Assembly (NCBI GenBank): GCA_951406725.2
Contig: OX597823.1
Span: 12,586,001-12,650,000 of the forward strand
Source of the DNA: Octopus vulgaris
Taxonomy: Eukaryota
Direction: 5' to 3'
DNA length: 64,000 nucleotides
Notes under the pieces: model-generated
What the model was told of the DNA's origin: nothing
Database searches by the model: none
What the model saw: the letters and a program-made list of their open reading frames with translations, nothing else
Translations under genes and position numbers: made by a program
In this document: positions 14,471-26,183 of the stretch, one piece after another
How positions within the stretch are numbered: position 1 is the stretch's first letter
Layout of the letters: each line of letters begins with the position of its first letter

Positions 14471-15028
14471 CTTCTCTACTCTAAGTACAAGGCCCATAAT
14501 TTTGGGAGAAGGCCAGTCATTTAGGTCGACCTCAGTACGCAACTCGTACTTACTTTATCGTTCCCGAAAGGATGAAAGGCAAAATCTATTTCGGCTGAAT
14601 TTGAAATCAGAATATAAAGACAGACGAAATACCTATTTCTTTACTACCCACAAGGGGTTAAACACAGAGAGGACAAACAAGGACAGACAAACGGATTAAG
14701 CCGATTATATCGACTCCAGTGCGTAACTGGTACTTATTTAATCGACCCCGAAAGTATGAAAGGCAAAGTTGACCTCGGCGGAATTTGAATTCAGAACGTA
14801 GCGGCAGACGAAATCCCTATTTCTTTACTACCCACAAGTGGCTAAACACAGAGAGGACAAACAAGGACAGACAAACGGATTAAGTCGATTATATCGACCC
14901 CAGTGCATAACTGGTACTTATTTAATCGACCCCGAAGGGATGAAAGGCAAAGTCGACCTCGGCGGAATTTGAACTCAGAACGTAACGGCTACGCATTTCG
15001 CTCGGCGTACTAACGTTTCTGCCAGCTC
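14471..15028 (-). mobile_element. SINE family A multimer (three body units, ~184-bp period)
   Basis: CCTATTTCTTTACTACCCACAAG at 14632 and 14816; head ends GCCAGCTC at 15028. Confidence 0.9.
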
Positions 15029-15130
15029 ATACTAAGATAATACTATCAGAATTACTCTTCACACCGCGATATATGTTCCATAACAAGGTTCTGTGTACCT
15101 TTGAGTTATACAACAAAAACAACAACAACA
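15029..15130 (-). repeat. ~105-bp inverted repeat, right arm (partner 13108-13214)
   Basis: Reverse-complement match to 13108-13214. Confidence 0.8.
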
Positions 15131-15899
15131 CACACAGACACATAATACGTACACATGGACACCTTATCGGTTGTTTTGCGCTTGTATTTGTAACATTTTC
15201 GTTTCATATTTGCTGCGAGTTCTCTTTCCTCACTCAATACTCACAACAAAGACACATTTTCAGTGAATCACTTTGCCACCCACTCTAGCCAACTGCTTAT
15301 TGAATTCAGTGAATTCCCTCAGGACGGTCAATTACGATTATTAAAGCTAAAACAACTGATTTGATCACATTTACGTGAGAAAATCGGACTGTGGAAAGTA
15401 TTCGTTTGAAGATTTAGCTTCAAAAGAATTACTAAATAATCAGTATTTATTTAGTACTCATTTCTTTTTTGTTTTTCCTCGGTATTGTTCAACACACACA
15501 CACACTTACGCACACACACGCACATACGCACGCATGCACACACGCATGGACTCACACACACAGACTCACAGACGCTCACACGCATGCACACACACACACA
15601 CACACACACATATGCGTGCGCGTGATTATGACTATGTAGCCGTTGATGCGGGTGTATACACACATCTAAATATACATGAATACAGAGATCTATACATACA
15701 TATGCGTCTATGAATGTATCTATATGTATGTACACACACAGACATATATATATATATATATTAACTCAGGCACAACGATAGCAATCTCAGTCAAATGCGT
15801 TCAGTCTATACGACCGACAACAATACTCGACTGGAAATAATGAGGAAAGTTTAAGTTGATCTTGGCGGGAATTGAAACCGCAATGTAATGACCATCGCT

Positions 15900-17484
15900 G
15901 GTGAGAGTGATCACTCCAGTAGCCACAGCATTGCATCCTTATCCGCTACAGAGTTTATTCCTGTCTGAGATACCAGCATCCGGCCGGGAAGAATTAGAGA
16001 GAAAAGGCCAATGGAGAGACCGTTATATTCTCCTAGCTGAAATTCGCAAATTTCGTTATAGGTTGTCGAGAGAACATGTTGAACCAGAAGTGACTGGAAA
16101 AATCTACCTCAACAATTGGTACATATTATTTAATGAAATAAGAGAGAAACTGAAAGAATTTGAAATACTATTAATTCAATTTTCAAAACTGTAAAATTCG
16201 CAATGAAATGCGGCCAAGACCATCTCTCCACTTCTAGACAGTTATTGAAATGTCTAAAATTCAAATGGAAGAAACCGTAGGCTATAAATTCAAAGACACT
16301 AAACATTATCTACTTTTCAATTCGTTCAATCTGAAAGACATCAGAGTAAGCGTCCCGTATAATTTAGTCAAAAGGAGCAGGACAATGGTACTCGACAAAA
16401 ACAAGAGCGACGTAGTATTTGAAGAGCTTAAAGACACACTCCTGGACCCAAAATTACCCATTAAGTTTGATAGCTGATTGGATACAAGTAGTCAAAATAT
16501 TTTATATAGAGATACTTAGACAAACAAAAGAAAGAAATGTCTCTTCTCTATATCTCCATCTACAATGCTAAATACTGCTAGACCTACAATGTCATTTCGC
16601 AAAATATACCCAAATTAAAAGTGTACGCCAGAATAAATGATATCTTACATACACTTACCATTAAAAGCTAAAGAACTAATGGTAAATGTTAACAAATACT
16701 AAAACAATGATTGAACTATACACGTCTCCGAAGAACAAACAGTAAAAAGTGTGAACGTTCCAAATGTGCCGCGTCTTTAAACTTAAAAGATGGATCAGAG
16801 TTATCTTTTAAATGGATATAAATTTTTCATATAAAAATCAAAACTTTACTTGAGCATACGAAAACTTAATTCGTACAAATAGCCCTCAGTGAATATATTG
16901 ATACGTTTAGTGATAAGAAAGATACATATTTTACAATTTTAGTCCTTGTATCAATATGTCGCCCTCCCATCGAAACAGCATAGAATAAATAAGGAAGTCA
17001 TATCTATACCAAAATGGCGACCACATCTCAATATGTATGTGGAGTCGACCCATACCAAGGTGATCAAATAGGATAGGCAAAAATAGTACAGAAGCCCATC
17101 AAATGGAGATTATATCTGCAGTTTAAATGGCACAGCATTGTTACAATTTCTGTGGAATTGATTCTGCCTGAAAATTCTGTTACGAGTACGAGAATATGCA
17201 GAATGCGAGGGTGCTTAAACGTTAGTTCAAGAGCAATAAATTCAGTTGACCAAACAATTAAAAACTCATCCTCGAAGACAGAGAACACCTGTAGCCACTA
17301 CACACATTTTTATCTCTCCTTGTTTCTTTCTGTATTCCTTTCTGTGGAAGAGCGTAGGCTCGAAACGTTAAAGACTTTTTTTCAATTCCCGACCGTTATA
17401 CTAATACATCTGTTTGTTTTCTACACTAGCTGTCTTCGTTTTCTACACTAGCTGTCTTTTGTTTTTTTCCTGAATTCTCCCCCG

Positions 17485-17487
<3 letters not shown>
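15900..17487 (+). mobile_element. Highly degenerate Penelope-like remnant ending in a pLTR-like segment
   Basis: 16540-16870 translates with stops to LLYISIYNAKYC*TYNVISQNIPKLKVYARINDIL...KKCERSKCAASLNLKDGSELSFK, collinear with the linker of the PLE at 9430-10660. The 3' segment carries a minimal hammerhead and ends in (TA)n. The 5' boundary is uncertain. Confidence 0.5.
17338..17373 (+). ncRNA. Minimal hammerhead-like motif (variant core)
   Basis: CTTT-CTGTGGA-A-GAGC-GTAG-GCTC-GAAA-CG-TT-AAAG: helices I and II pair, AACGTT palindrome, core A6 replaced by T. Confidence 0.5.
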
Positions 17488-17539
<52 letters not shown>

Positions 17540-17904
17540 TATTTATTGCATGTTACTTATACTTGCTTATTTATTTACTAGTATATTTTTACATTTTATC
17601 CTGTGTACTGCTATCTCGTTCAGTGTTTACTTTTTTCCTTTTTCTCACCACCTGCTTTCTTTTTCCTCCCTTCTCTAAATACTCATAAATTCCCTCAATA
17701 CGTGTATAACTTCAGATGTTAGATCTGTAATAAGAAAATGAAATAAACTGCTTCCTTTATGATCCACTGCTGTTAAGCCTCCAAACGTACACAGAACATG
17801 CACTACTGAGTTCCGGGCAAGTGGAATAATGAAATGCATATAATCAACATCATTCTAACCATGACCATCACTTTCAATTTTTTTCAGGTATATTTTTCTG
17901 TCCG

Positions 17905-18335
17905 GGATCTTTTCGGTTTGAACGACAGTTTTTAACATAATTTCTAGGTAACTAAAAATTTTTAACTTCGTATACTGGTAGAATGTGTTTATAAAACATC
18001 TTTTTCTATTGGCTGTATTGAGAAAATTCTATGGTTTGTAAGATATTTGTTGTTTTTTTTCTTCAATTTCTGCAACAATTTCAACCAATCAAATACCTCT
18101 ATTGAGGTAAAAAACATTCTGTGCCGTATGAATATGTCCCTCGTTTAAGAAACAGATAGGTATTATTTACATTTGTGAAGAAAAAAGATACCCAACCCCC
18201 ACCCCTAACCCTAACCCTAACTAGCCCTAACCCTAAAACAGATTGAAATGCAATAGATCGATACTAGGGTCATAATTATGGGTGACAATTTCATATGACA
18301 CCACTAGAAAAACTGCCGTTCAAACCGAAAAGTCC
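17905..18335 (+). mobile_element. MITE with ~29-bp TIRs (GGATCTTTTCGGTTTGAACGGCAGTTTTT) and internal (CCCTAA)n
   Basis: TIRs at both ends; second copy in opposite orientation at 40057-40474. Confidence 0.88.
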
Positions 18336-18536
18336 TCTTGTTTTTACACGGCATTAAAATGTTATATGAGGTTATTTGGTTTCTATTTCTAGCCTTATCG
18401 AATGACCACATAAAACATGCTTAACTTCCTCACCATGTTTCAATGTTTGTAGAAGTATATTGTAAATGTGTACTGTAGATGTATATTGTAAATGTGTACT
18501 GTAGACGGGTAGAGATTGTTTATGCGTATGTATGTA

Positions 18537-18620
<84 letters not shown>

Positions 18621-18921
18621 AAGCATGTGTCATAGAGTTTAAAGTATTTATTGATAATTCAAAACAAAATAGTTCACCAGGCCGTTTACTTTGATGTTCA
18701 TTATCGCTGTGGGAATACTGTGAGTAATGATGCTGTAAACGCTATCTAATGAGAACTCTCAACTCCTACATAGTTATAACGTTTCGAAGTTGCCTCTGTG
18801 TACTTGCGCATGCGTATGTGTATGTGTGTATGTGTGCGTGTGTGTGCGTGTGTTTTTATGGTATATGTGCCAATATGCAGATGGTTGTGAGGGGGGGCAA
18901 ACTCTATGCGCGCATATGTGT

Positions 18922-18963
<42 letters not shown>

Positions 18964-19004
18964 TTGTACAATGATGACTCTGTCAGCTTAAATGAGTATT
19001 TAGA

Positions 19005-19230
19005 AGAGGAGGGAGAGAAAGCGGAGCTGGTGGCGGTGGTAGTAGTGGTAGAGGTGGTGGTGGTGGTGGTGAGGAGTAGGGGAGGAGGAGGGAAATGATG
19101 ATGATGAGGAGGAGGAGGGAGGAAGGAGGGAGGGGAATAATGGTGAGGAGGAGGAGGCAGAGGAGGAGTAGGAGGTGGAGGAGCAGGTGAAGGAGGAGGC
19201 GGGGGATGCGGGGGAGGAGTAGGAGGTTAG
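19005..19230. repeat. (GGA)n/(GGT)n purine-rich low-complexity tract
   Basis: Directly visible. Confidence 0.9.
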
Positions 19231-19907
19231 AAATGAACCATTAGGGAATCTGAAATAAAAACCATATAATTCTGTCCTCTATTTTAATGTATTGCGGTGT
19301 TTCCTAAAACATTTTCCGACCTAGACTTTAGCTTATTCGGGATAATACAATATAATTCAGTTACATTATCTGCTGCTTAATGGACACAGTCATACGTATA
19401 TATGTTTTGTTTAGCCCTAGGACAACCCTAATATAGCAAATCTGTATTCAAATAACTACCAACTGCATTCATCAACTCCTTTATTGAGTGTGAAGGACTA
19501 GATTACCTAATGCTCCTTTTTCTTATAAATCGTTAAAGTGAAACACGAGGGAGATTTTGCTGCTATTTCTAGCAGATCGGCTAATACATTTAGATTCTTG
19601 TTGGTTTGCCCGGCATATTAGAAGTATGCAGAAAAGTATGGCTGTATGGTTAAGGTGTTATGTAAGGATCTGCTCAGTGAGGGTTCTATGTTCATGTGCG
19701 GTAAAATTCTATAAACCTCGACAAGACGATAAATTGGAAGCGTAATTTCGATGAACAGAAAATGTGCAGAGACCCTTTTCTGTATGTATGTGAGTGTATG
19801 CATGTGTGTATTCATATGCACGCACATACGCGCACACACATGCACACAAATATATGTGTGTAAGTAAATGGGGAGAAAGAGTGAGACATGAATATGTGTA
19901 TATGTGT

Positions 19908-20291
19908 ATGGGCCATACGTCCCCTGCCCAATTCAAGATCACAGCATACATGTACACTGCAACATAATTTCTTTTCCTCAACTGGCCCTGCCCTATTCAA
20001 CATTGTCCCGAGGGAGGTCAAAGAAGAAAAGGATCCCATCAACTTTAAACGGAGTCTGGATAGATTCCTTCAAAGAATACCAGATAAACCACCCATAATT
20101 GGATACAACTCACCCAACAAGAACTCACTACTTGAACAAAACTGGATACAACTCACCCAACAAAAACTCACTACTTGAAAGGACAATAAACAAAACTTGA
20201 CTTAAACAGGATTCGAATAATCCTATCAGGTGGTGCTATTAAGTTAGACATGGCCTGGAAACATATCTAAGTTTATCTAAGTCTAAGTTTA
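19908..20291 (+). mobile_element. 3' end of a CR1/Jockey-group LINE
   Basis: TLQHNFFSSTGPALFNIVPREVKEEKDPINFKRSLDRFLQRIPDKP...GY...NSLL is a typical ORF2 C-terminus; followed by a short UTR and a (CTAAGT)n-like tail. Confidence 0.8.
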
Positions 20292-20698
20292 TATGAGTGT
20301 ACATGTGTTTATGTTGTTGATCATGTCACGTGACTTAGCAGTTTGACGAATATAGAAAGAAGTACCTAATTACAAAGGTTTGGGAAGAAGGTGTAACAGG
20401 TATCAACTCTCATATCAGCGCATACCTTTTAATAAATTGCTACGCATCGTGTATGTATGTTACTCTTTTACACGTTTCAGTAATTTGACTGCGGCCATGC
20501 TGGAGTACCACCTTTAGTCGAACAAATCGTCCCCAGGACTCATTATTTGTAAGCCTAGTACTTATTTTATCGGTTTCTTTTGCCGAACCGGTAATTTCGG
20601 GGACAGAAACACACCAAAAATCAGTTATCAAACGATGATAGGGGCCAAACACAAACACAAAGAAACACACACATAAATACATATATACACACACACAC

Positions 20699-20792
<94 letters not shown>

Positions 20793-20910
20793 AATCAAGG
20801 AACGGCCATAATAGGCCATTCACCCACTAGAAATAACAGCCAAAAGCTTTAACCGCAAAATAACATTAATTCCGTAAACCAGGAGAAAATTGAAAAACTT
20901 TTACCCTGTA

Positions 20911-21017
20911 ATTTCTTAGACGATGCACCGTTTCATCTACCGTTTAATGGTAAACTAACCTGATTAAATTAAATCAAGCCAATCCACCATAGGCCCTTAG
21001 ACTCATCAGTAAGAAAT
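20911..21017 (-). ncRNA. Type I hammerhead ribozyme, copy 1
   Basis: Reverse complement of ATTTCTTA-CTGATGA-GTCTA...TAGAT-GAAA-CGGTGCATCG-TC-TAAGAAAT; full conserved core. Confidence 0.9.
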
Positions 21018-21400
21018 AGCCAAGTCGGAACAGATATTTTTCACGAGGCATTCCTCTTGCTACCTCGGCAATATCTGACCTAAAATTTTCAAATCGTCGC
21101 ACTCGCGCCAAATTTATCGGCAGCAAATAAATATAAGCCACCGATTCCATTACGGAACTAACCAGAAAATTCATAATTAATCAATATAGGGTGGCAAAAA
21201 AATTTTGTAGAATTCTTTTGCCACCAGCGGCCTAGTAGGAAAAAATTAAATAGTCATAAACCATTTTTACGTTCAACATCACAATCAAGGAACGGCCATA
21301 ATAGGCCATTCACCCACTAGAAATAACAGCCAAAAGCTTTAACCGCAAAATAACATTAATTCCGTAAACCAGGAGAAAATTGAAAAACTTTTACCCTGTA

Positions 21401-21507
21401 ATTTCTTAGACGATGCACCGTTTCATCTACCGTTTAATGGTAAACTAATCTGATTAAATTAAATCAAGCCAATCCACCATAGGCCCTTAGACTCATCAGT
21501 AAGAAAT
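21401..21507 (-). ncRNA. Type I hammerhead ribozyme, copy 2
   Basis: As copy 1, with one substitution (21449) in the helix II extension. Confidence 0.9.
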
Positions 21508-21852
21508 AGCCAAGTCGGAATAGATATTTTTCACGAGGCATTCCTCTTGCTACCTCGGCAATATCTGACCTAAAATTTTCAAATCGTCGCACTCGCGCCA
21601 AATTTATCGGCAGCAAATAAATATAAGCCACCGATTCCATTACGGAACTAACCAGAAAATTTATAATTAATCAATATAGGGTGGCAAAAAAAATTTTGTA
21701 GAATTCTTTTGCCACCAGCGGCCTAGTAGGAAAATATATTTATTTGCTGCCGATAAATTTGGCGCGAGTGCGACGATTTGAAAATTTTAGGTCAGATATT
21801 GCCGAGGTAGCAAGAGGAATGCCTCGTGAAAAATATCTGTTCCGACTTGGCT

Positions 21853-21959
21853 ATTTCTTACTGATGAGTCTAAGGGCCTATGGTGGATTGGCTTGATTTA
21901 ATTTAATCAGGTTAGTTTACCATTAAACGGTAGATGAAACGGTGCATCGTCTAAGAAAT
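21853..21959 (+). ncRNA. Type I hammerhead ribozyme, copy 3
   Basis: Helix I 21853-21860 / 21952-21959 (8 bp); CTGATGA 21861-21867; helix II GTCTA/TAGAT; GAAA 21936-21939; GTC 21949-21951. Confidence 0.92.
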
Positions 21960-22343
21960 TACAGGGTAAAAGTTTTTCAATTTTCTCCTGGTTTACGGAA
22001 TTAATGTTATTTTGCGGTTAAAGCTTTTGGCTGTTATTTCTAGTGGGTGAATGGCCTATTATGGCCGTTCCTTGATTGTGATGTTGAACGTAAAAATGGT
22101 TTATGACTATTTAATTTTTTCCTACTAGGCCGCTGGTGGCAAAAGAATTCTACAAAATTTTTTTTGCCACCCTATATTGATTAATTATGAATTTTCTGGT
22201 TAGTTCCGTAATGGAATCGGTGGCTTATATTTATTTGCTGCCGATAAATTTGGCGCGAGTGCGACGATTTGAAAATTTTAGGTCAGATATTGCCGAGGTA
22301 GCAAGAGGAATGCCTCGTGAAAAATATCTGTTCCGACTTGGCT

Positions 22344-22450
22344 ATTTCTTACTGATGAGTCTAAGGGCCTATGGTGGATTGGCTTGATTTAATTTAATCA
22401 GGTTAGTTTACCATTAAACGGTAGATGAAACGGTGCATCGTCTAAGAAAT
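22344..22450 (+). ncRNA. Type I hammerhead ribozyme, copy 4
   Basis: Identical motif 491 bp downstream of copy 3; GTC at 22440-22442. Confidence 0.92.
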
Positions 22451-22671
22451 TACAGGGTAAAAGTTTTTCAATTTTCTCCTGGTTTACGGAATTAATGTTA
22501 TTTTGCGGTTAAAGCTTTTGGCTGTTATTTCTAGTGGGTGAATGGCCTATTATGGCCGTTCCTTGATTGTGATGTTGAACGTAAAAATGGTTTATGACTA
22601 TTTAATTTTTTCCTACTAGGCCGCTGGTGGCAAAAGAATTCTACAAAATTTTTTTTGCCACCCTATATTGA

Positions 22672-22707
<36 letters not shown>

Positions 22708-25401
22708 CGGGCTTTCAGTTTCTGTCAACCAAATCCACTCACAAGGCTTTGGTCGGCCCAAGGCTTTCTCCACATTACCTCGATGATGCAAGACTCTATT
22801 GGCATATATATATATACATACAACGGGCTTGTTAGATTTTCCGTCGTCTTAAATCACTCACAAATCTAATTGAGTAGTTTGGAATTCTTTACTGCACAGT
22901 TTGGATTATGAGTTACTAACGTAGCTTTATCCACGGTCAAAAATTCTTTCAATGGTTTTCTCGGTTTTCTTGAACCACAGCGGTATTTTAAATGTTTTAG
23001 TTTGCACTGGCCTAAGTCGTGTATAAACGATATGGCTTAATGCACATTATATACACACGGAAATAGCTCTCTTGTTAGAAATTGTATCTTTACTGCCATT
23101 TACAAACCTACGTAATTGCATTAACCTCTAGTGCTGCACAATCTTATTCAAAAGCGACTTCATGCACCACTAAACAGAAAGAAATATACCTTTGATAGTA
23201 TCATTCAACACAGAAAAACAAATGTTTTAAATTTAAAGATTAATCATGCGTTCTTTAAGACACGCGACTATTTACTTTCGGCTTGAATATTTAATTATCT
23301 TTTGTGAAATATTAATAATTTACTTGGTGTTATAAATCTCATCATGGACCACGAAAACTTTAAGTTGGGCTATTAGTGTTCGAATTAGACTTCGTGTTGA
23401 TTCCATACTTTATTTAATCCTCCGTATCCTACCATCGCTTTAAATTTTGTATTATGCACATAACACTGCTGGTGGCACAAAGAGAAATAATTCACGTTGA
23501 GATTGTTGGCACTGCAAAAGTATTTCTAGGAAATGAGGGAAGATTTTTGATGTGTGAGTGTCATGTTGGTCCAATGATTATCGAGCATATATTCCATATG
23601 ACAACAAGGTCTTCCACTGTCAGATGTTTAATTTCTTTTGCTTACGTTAAATAAATTTATATGGTTCTGCATAATACAATTATATCTTTCGTGTTGCTAG
23701 TTCTCTGATGCGGTTGTATGTTATGTAAAGTATATATGTAGAAATTCCTATACAGGAATTGTATCAACTCAGTAAACATGAATAAATTTGACTCTGAATG
23801 AATAAGCGATTGCGTTTCAAAATTAGATAAGCCATATGTTTGGAATTTTGTAAGGGAAGTAATTGTATCATAACATACAAAAGAATGGAAATCGAGGAAA
23901 TTCATCGATTAATGTGTGTATACCTTTAAATCTATTGGGAAACAAATGGGCACGTAACTTTTATCGGAGGTAGATCTTTCAGGTTTAATGTTATGGCATA
24001 CATGGCAATTTGTGGAAACCTACCGTAAATATTCGATAGAAAACAGAACATTCTGTAATTTAACAAATGACGTATCCTTATACTAGGGTTTAATTAGGAA
24101 TTATGTAACGATCTAAATCTATAGTTGTCGAAATAGTTGCACAAATACCAGACATATTAAGTAAAAATTCTCGCGAGCCAGATGTATAGTTTGTAGTTTC
24201 TGTGTTGTAGGAGATTATCTTTCATTTCGTTAGTTTTCAAACATTAATCAAAGACACCTTTGATTTGTTTCTAAATTAACATGTTTCCCTTGGAAACGTT
24301 TCCATATTCCTGCATTAGCTTCTTTTTCGAAAAAAAAAAAACGGTAAGAGTTGTTGTTGGCTTTTTTTTTTTTTCAAAATCATTTCAGAATCTTTAGAAA
24401 ATTGCTACAGGCCAATCGTCTTGGCATGATACTGTGCAATACTTTCCTTAATAATTTCTGTTTTCATAGTAAAAGTCGAATTAGTATCGACTGCAGCCAT
24501 AGTTGTTCATTTCAGATGATTTTTAATAGAATCGATATCACTTATAGTATAACAACATGATTTTCGTATGAGACAGTCCATTTATGCATGAAATAAACCT
24601 GGATGTAAATCTCCATGTAGAATTAAGAAGTTAGTAGGCGTCAGAATACATTTACAATTATATTTGCCTAGATGCAGATTACTAAGACCATTAGCATTAA
24701 AGAAATTTAGTATCGGCATCCGATTTTGTATAATCATTACGCAATAAAACGAAATGATAATATCCAAATGTAAATAAGTACCCTTAGGACTATTTTTGTT
24801 ATATATTCATGATGTGTTGAAACCTAGATAGTAAGCCAGTAATAGCCACAGAAATTCGAAACAATTGATATATATTCCTATTTGTAGGGAGTCTGTTTAG
24901 GGACTTTCTGTACGCATCATATCATCTTGGTTAAAAGCACAACCTATGTGAATTCTATTATACTATTGCAATTATATCATTATCCGACTCATCTCTATGG
25001 AAACTGATTGAAATCCAAGCTCATTTTACAGATTATTTGTGCAAAGTCTTCTACTAGGATTTTTTTCTTATCAGTTCACAAGGGAAAATTTGCTAGTTCC
25101 ATCATCTTGTCTTAACCATTACTCCTTCCTCGTTTGTACTGCCCATGAATCTGATTATGCTCACAATATCAGCCGCTGATGTGAAGAGTTCACCTGTAGT
25201 TTCTGTGGGCAGTTTCTGCAGCAAGCCAATATTTATGAAGAGCTTGTACATAGCGCGTTTTTACTATTACTGAACCTTGCAGTAGGTGGCTCCTTACTTG
25301 GATATCAATAATCACGCGGAGATTAGCTGACGAGAAAGACAGAAATTTGAAAAAAATTGGAGGACAAGAGAGATTAAGAATAAGGTTGAAAGTAAAAGAA
25401 G

Positions 25402-25445
<44 letters not shown>

Positions 25446-25529
25446 GTGTGAGAGAAAAAGTGAGAGGGAGTGTGTGTGAGAGAGAGTGAGTGAGAGAAAG
25501 AGTGAGAGAATTCGACCCAATATTTGACT

Positions 25530-25694
25530 AGACGCAGGAGTGGCTGTGTGGTAAGTAGCTTGCTTACCAAGCACATAGTTCCGGGTTCATTCTCACTGCG
25601 TGACCCCATGGGCAAGTGTCTTCTACTATAGCCTCGGGCCGACCAAAGCCTTATCAGTGGATTTGTAGACAGAAACTGAAAGAAGCGTGCCGTA

Positions 25695-25751
<57 letters not shown>

Positions 25752-25963
25752 ATATGTTTGTGTGTCTCTGTTTGTCCCCCCAACATCGCTTTACAACCGA
25801 TGCTGGTGTGTTTACGTACCCGTAACTTAGCGGTTCGGCAAAAGAAACCAATAGAGTAAGTACTTACAAAGAATAAGTCCTGGAGTCGATTTGCTCGACT
25901 AAAGGCGGTGCTCCAGCATGGCCGCGGTCAAATGACTGAAACAAGTGAAAGAGTAAAAGAGTA
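25530..25963 (+). mobile_element. SINE family B (tRNA head, CORE-like, central microsatellite), full length
   Basis: A box TGGCTGTGTGG, B-box-like GGTTCATTCTC, GGGCAAGTGTCTTCT core, tail CAGCATGGCCGC...GAAACAAGT(AAAAGAGT)n. Confidence 0.9.
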
Positions 25964-26183
25964 ATACTTCATTTTAATCGACACCGAAATAGCGAAAGAC
26001 AAAGTTGTCCAGGGGGAGATGCGAACGTAGGACCCAAAGAGAAGAATCAAATATTTCGAGGCATTTGCTGGACACTAAAATGATTCGAACACCAACCACA
26101 TACGTCCTATTTTATTTTCTCTGACTTCTTTTTCAGAAATTATAATCATTTTAGCTAACCAGAAACTAACTGAAAGGGGTATA

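Larger units (their letters stand above)
20788..22680. mobile_element. Array of 490/491-bp hammerhead-bearing units (retrozyme or Penelope pLTR-like): minus-strand dimer 20788-21734 and plus-strand dimer 21735-22680
   Basis: Near-identical copies offset by 490 and 491 bp; inverted arms 20788-21625 and 21735-22573; (TA)n on both flanks. Confidence 0.9.
20460..22765 (-). mobile_element. SINE family B (CORE-type, OR2-like), split in its central CA/TA spacer by the hammerhead array
   Basis: 3' half at 20460-20700 and 5' part at 22706-22765 match intact copies such as 35759-36190. Confidence 0.85.

Noticed and set aside
18195-18237. (CCCTAA)n as a telomere or chromosome-fusion scar
   Set aside because: Internal part of a MITE that is present twice.
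22187-22387. 66-aa ORF repeated in the hammerhead unit (also 20974-21174)
   Set aside because: No recognisable motif, ATG lost in one copy (21662), and it overlaps structured RNA; identity is explained by the repeat. Translation is not strictly excluded.
22870-25330. 2.5-kb repeat-poor stretch examined for host exons or a decayed gene
   Set aside because: No sustained ORF, splice pattern or recognisable motif found.
25190-25786. Recurrent ORFs such as RLWSARGYSRRHLPKVPRSGTEPGTMWLVSKLLTTQP
   Set aside because: Antisense translation of SINE family B, not a gene family.
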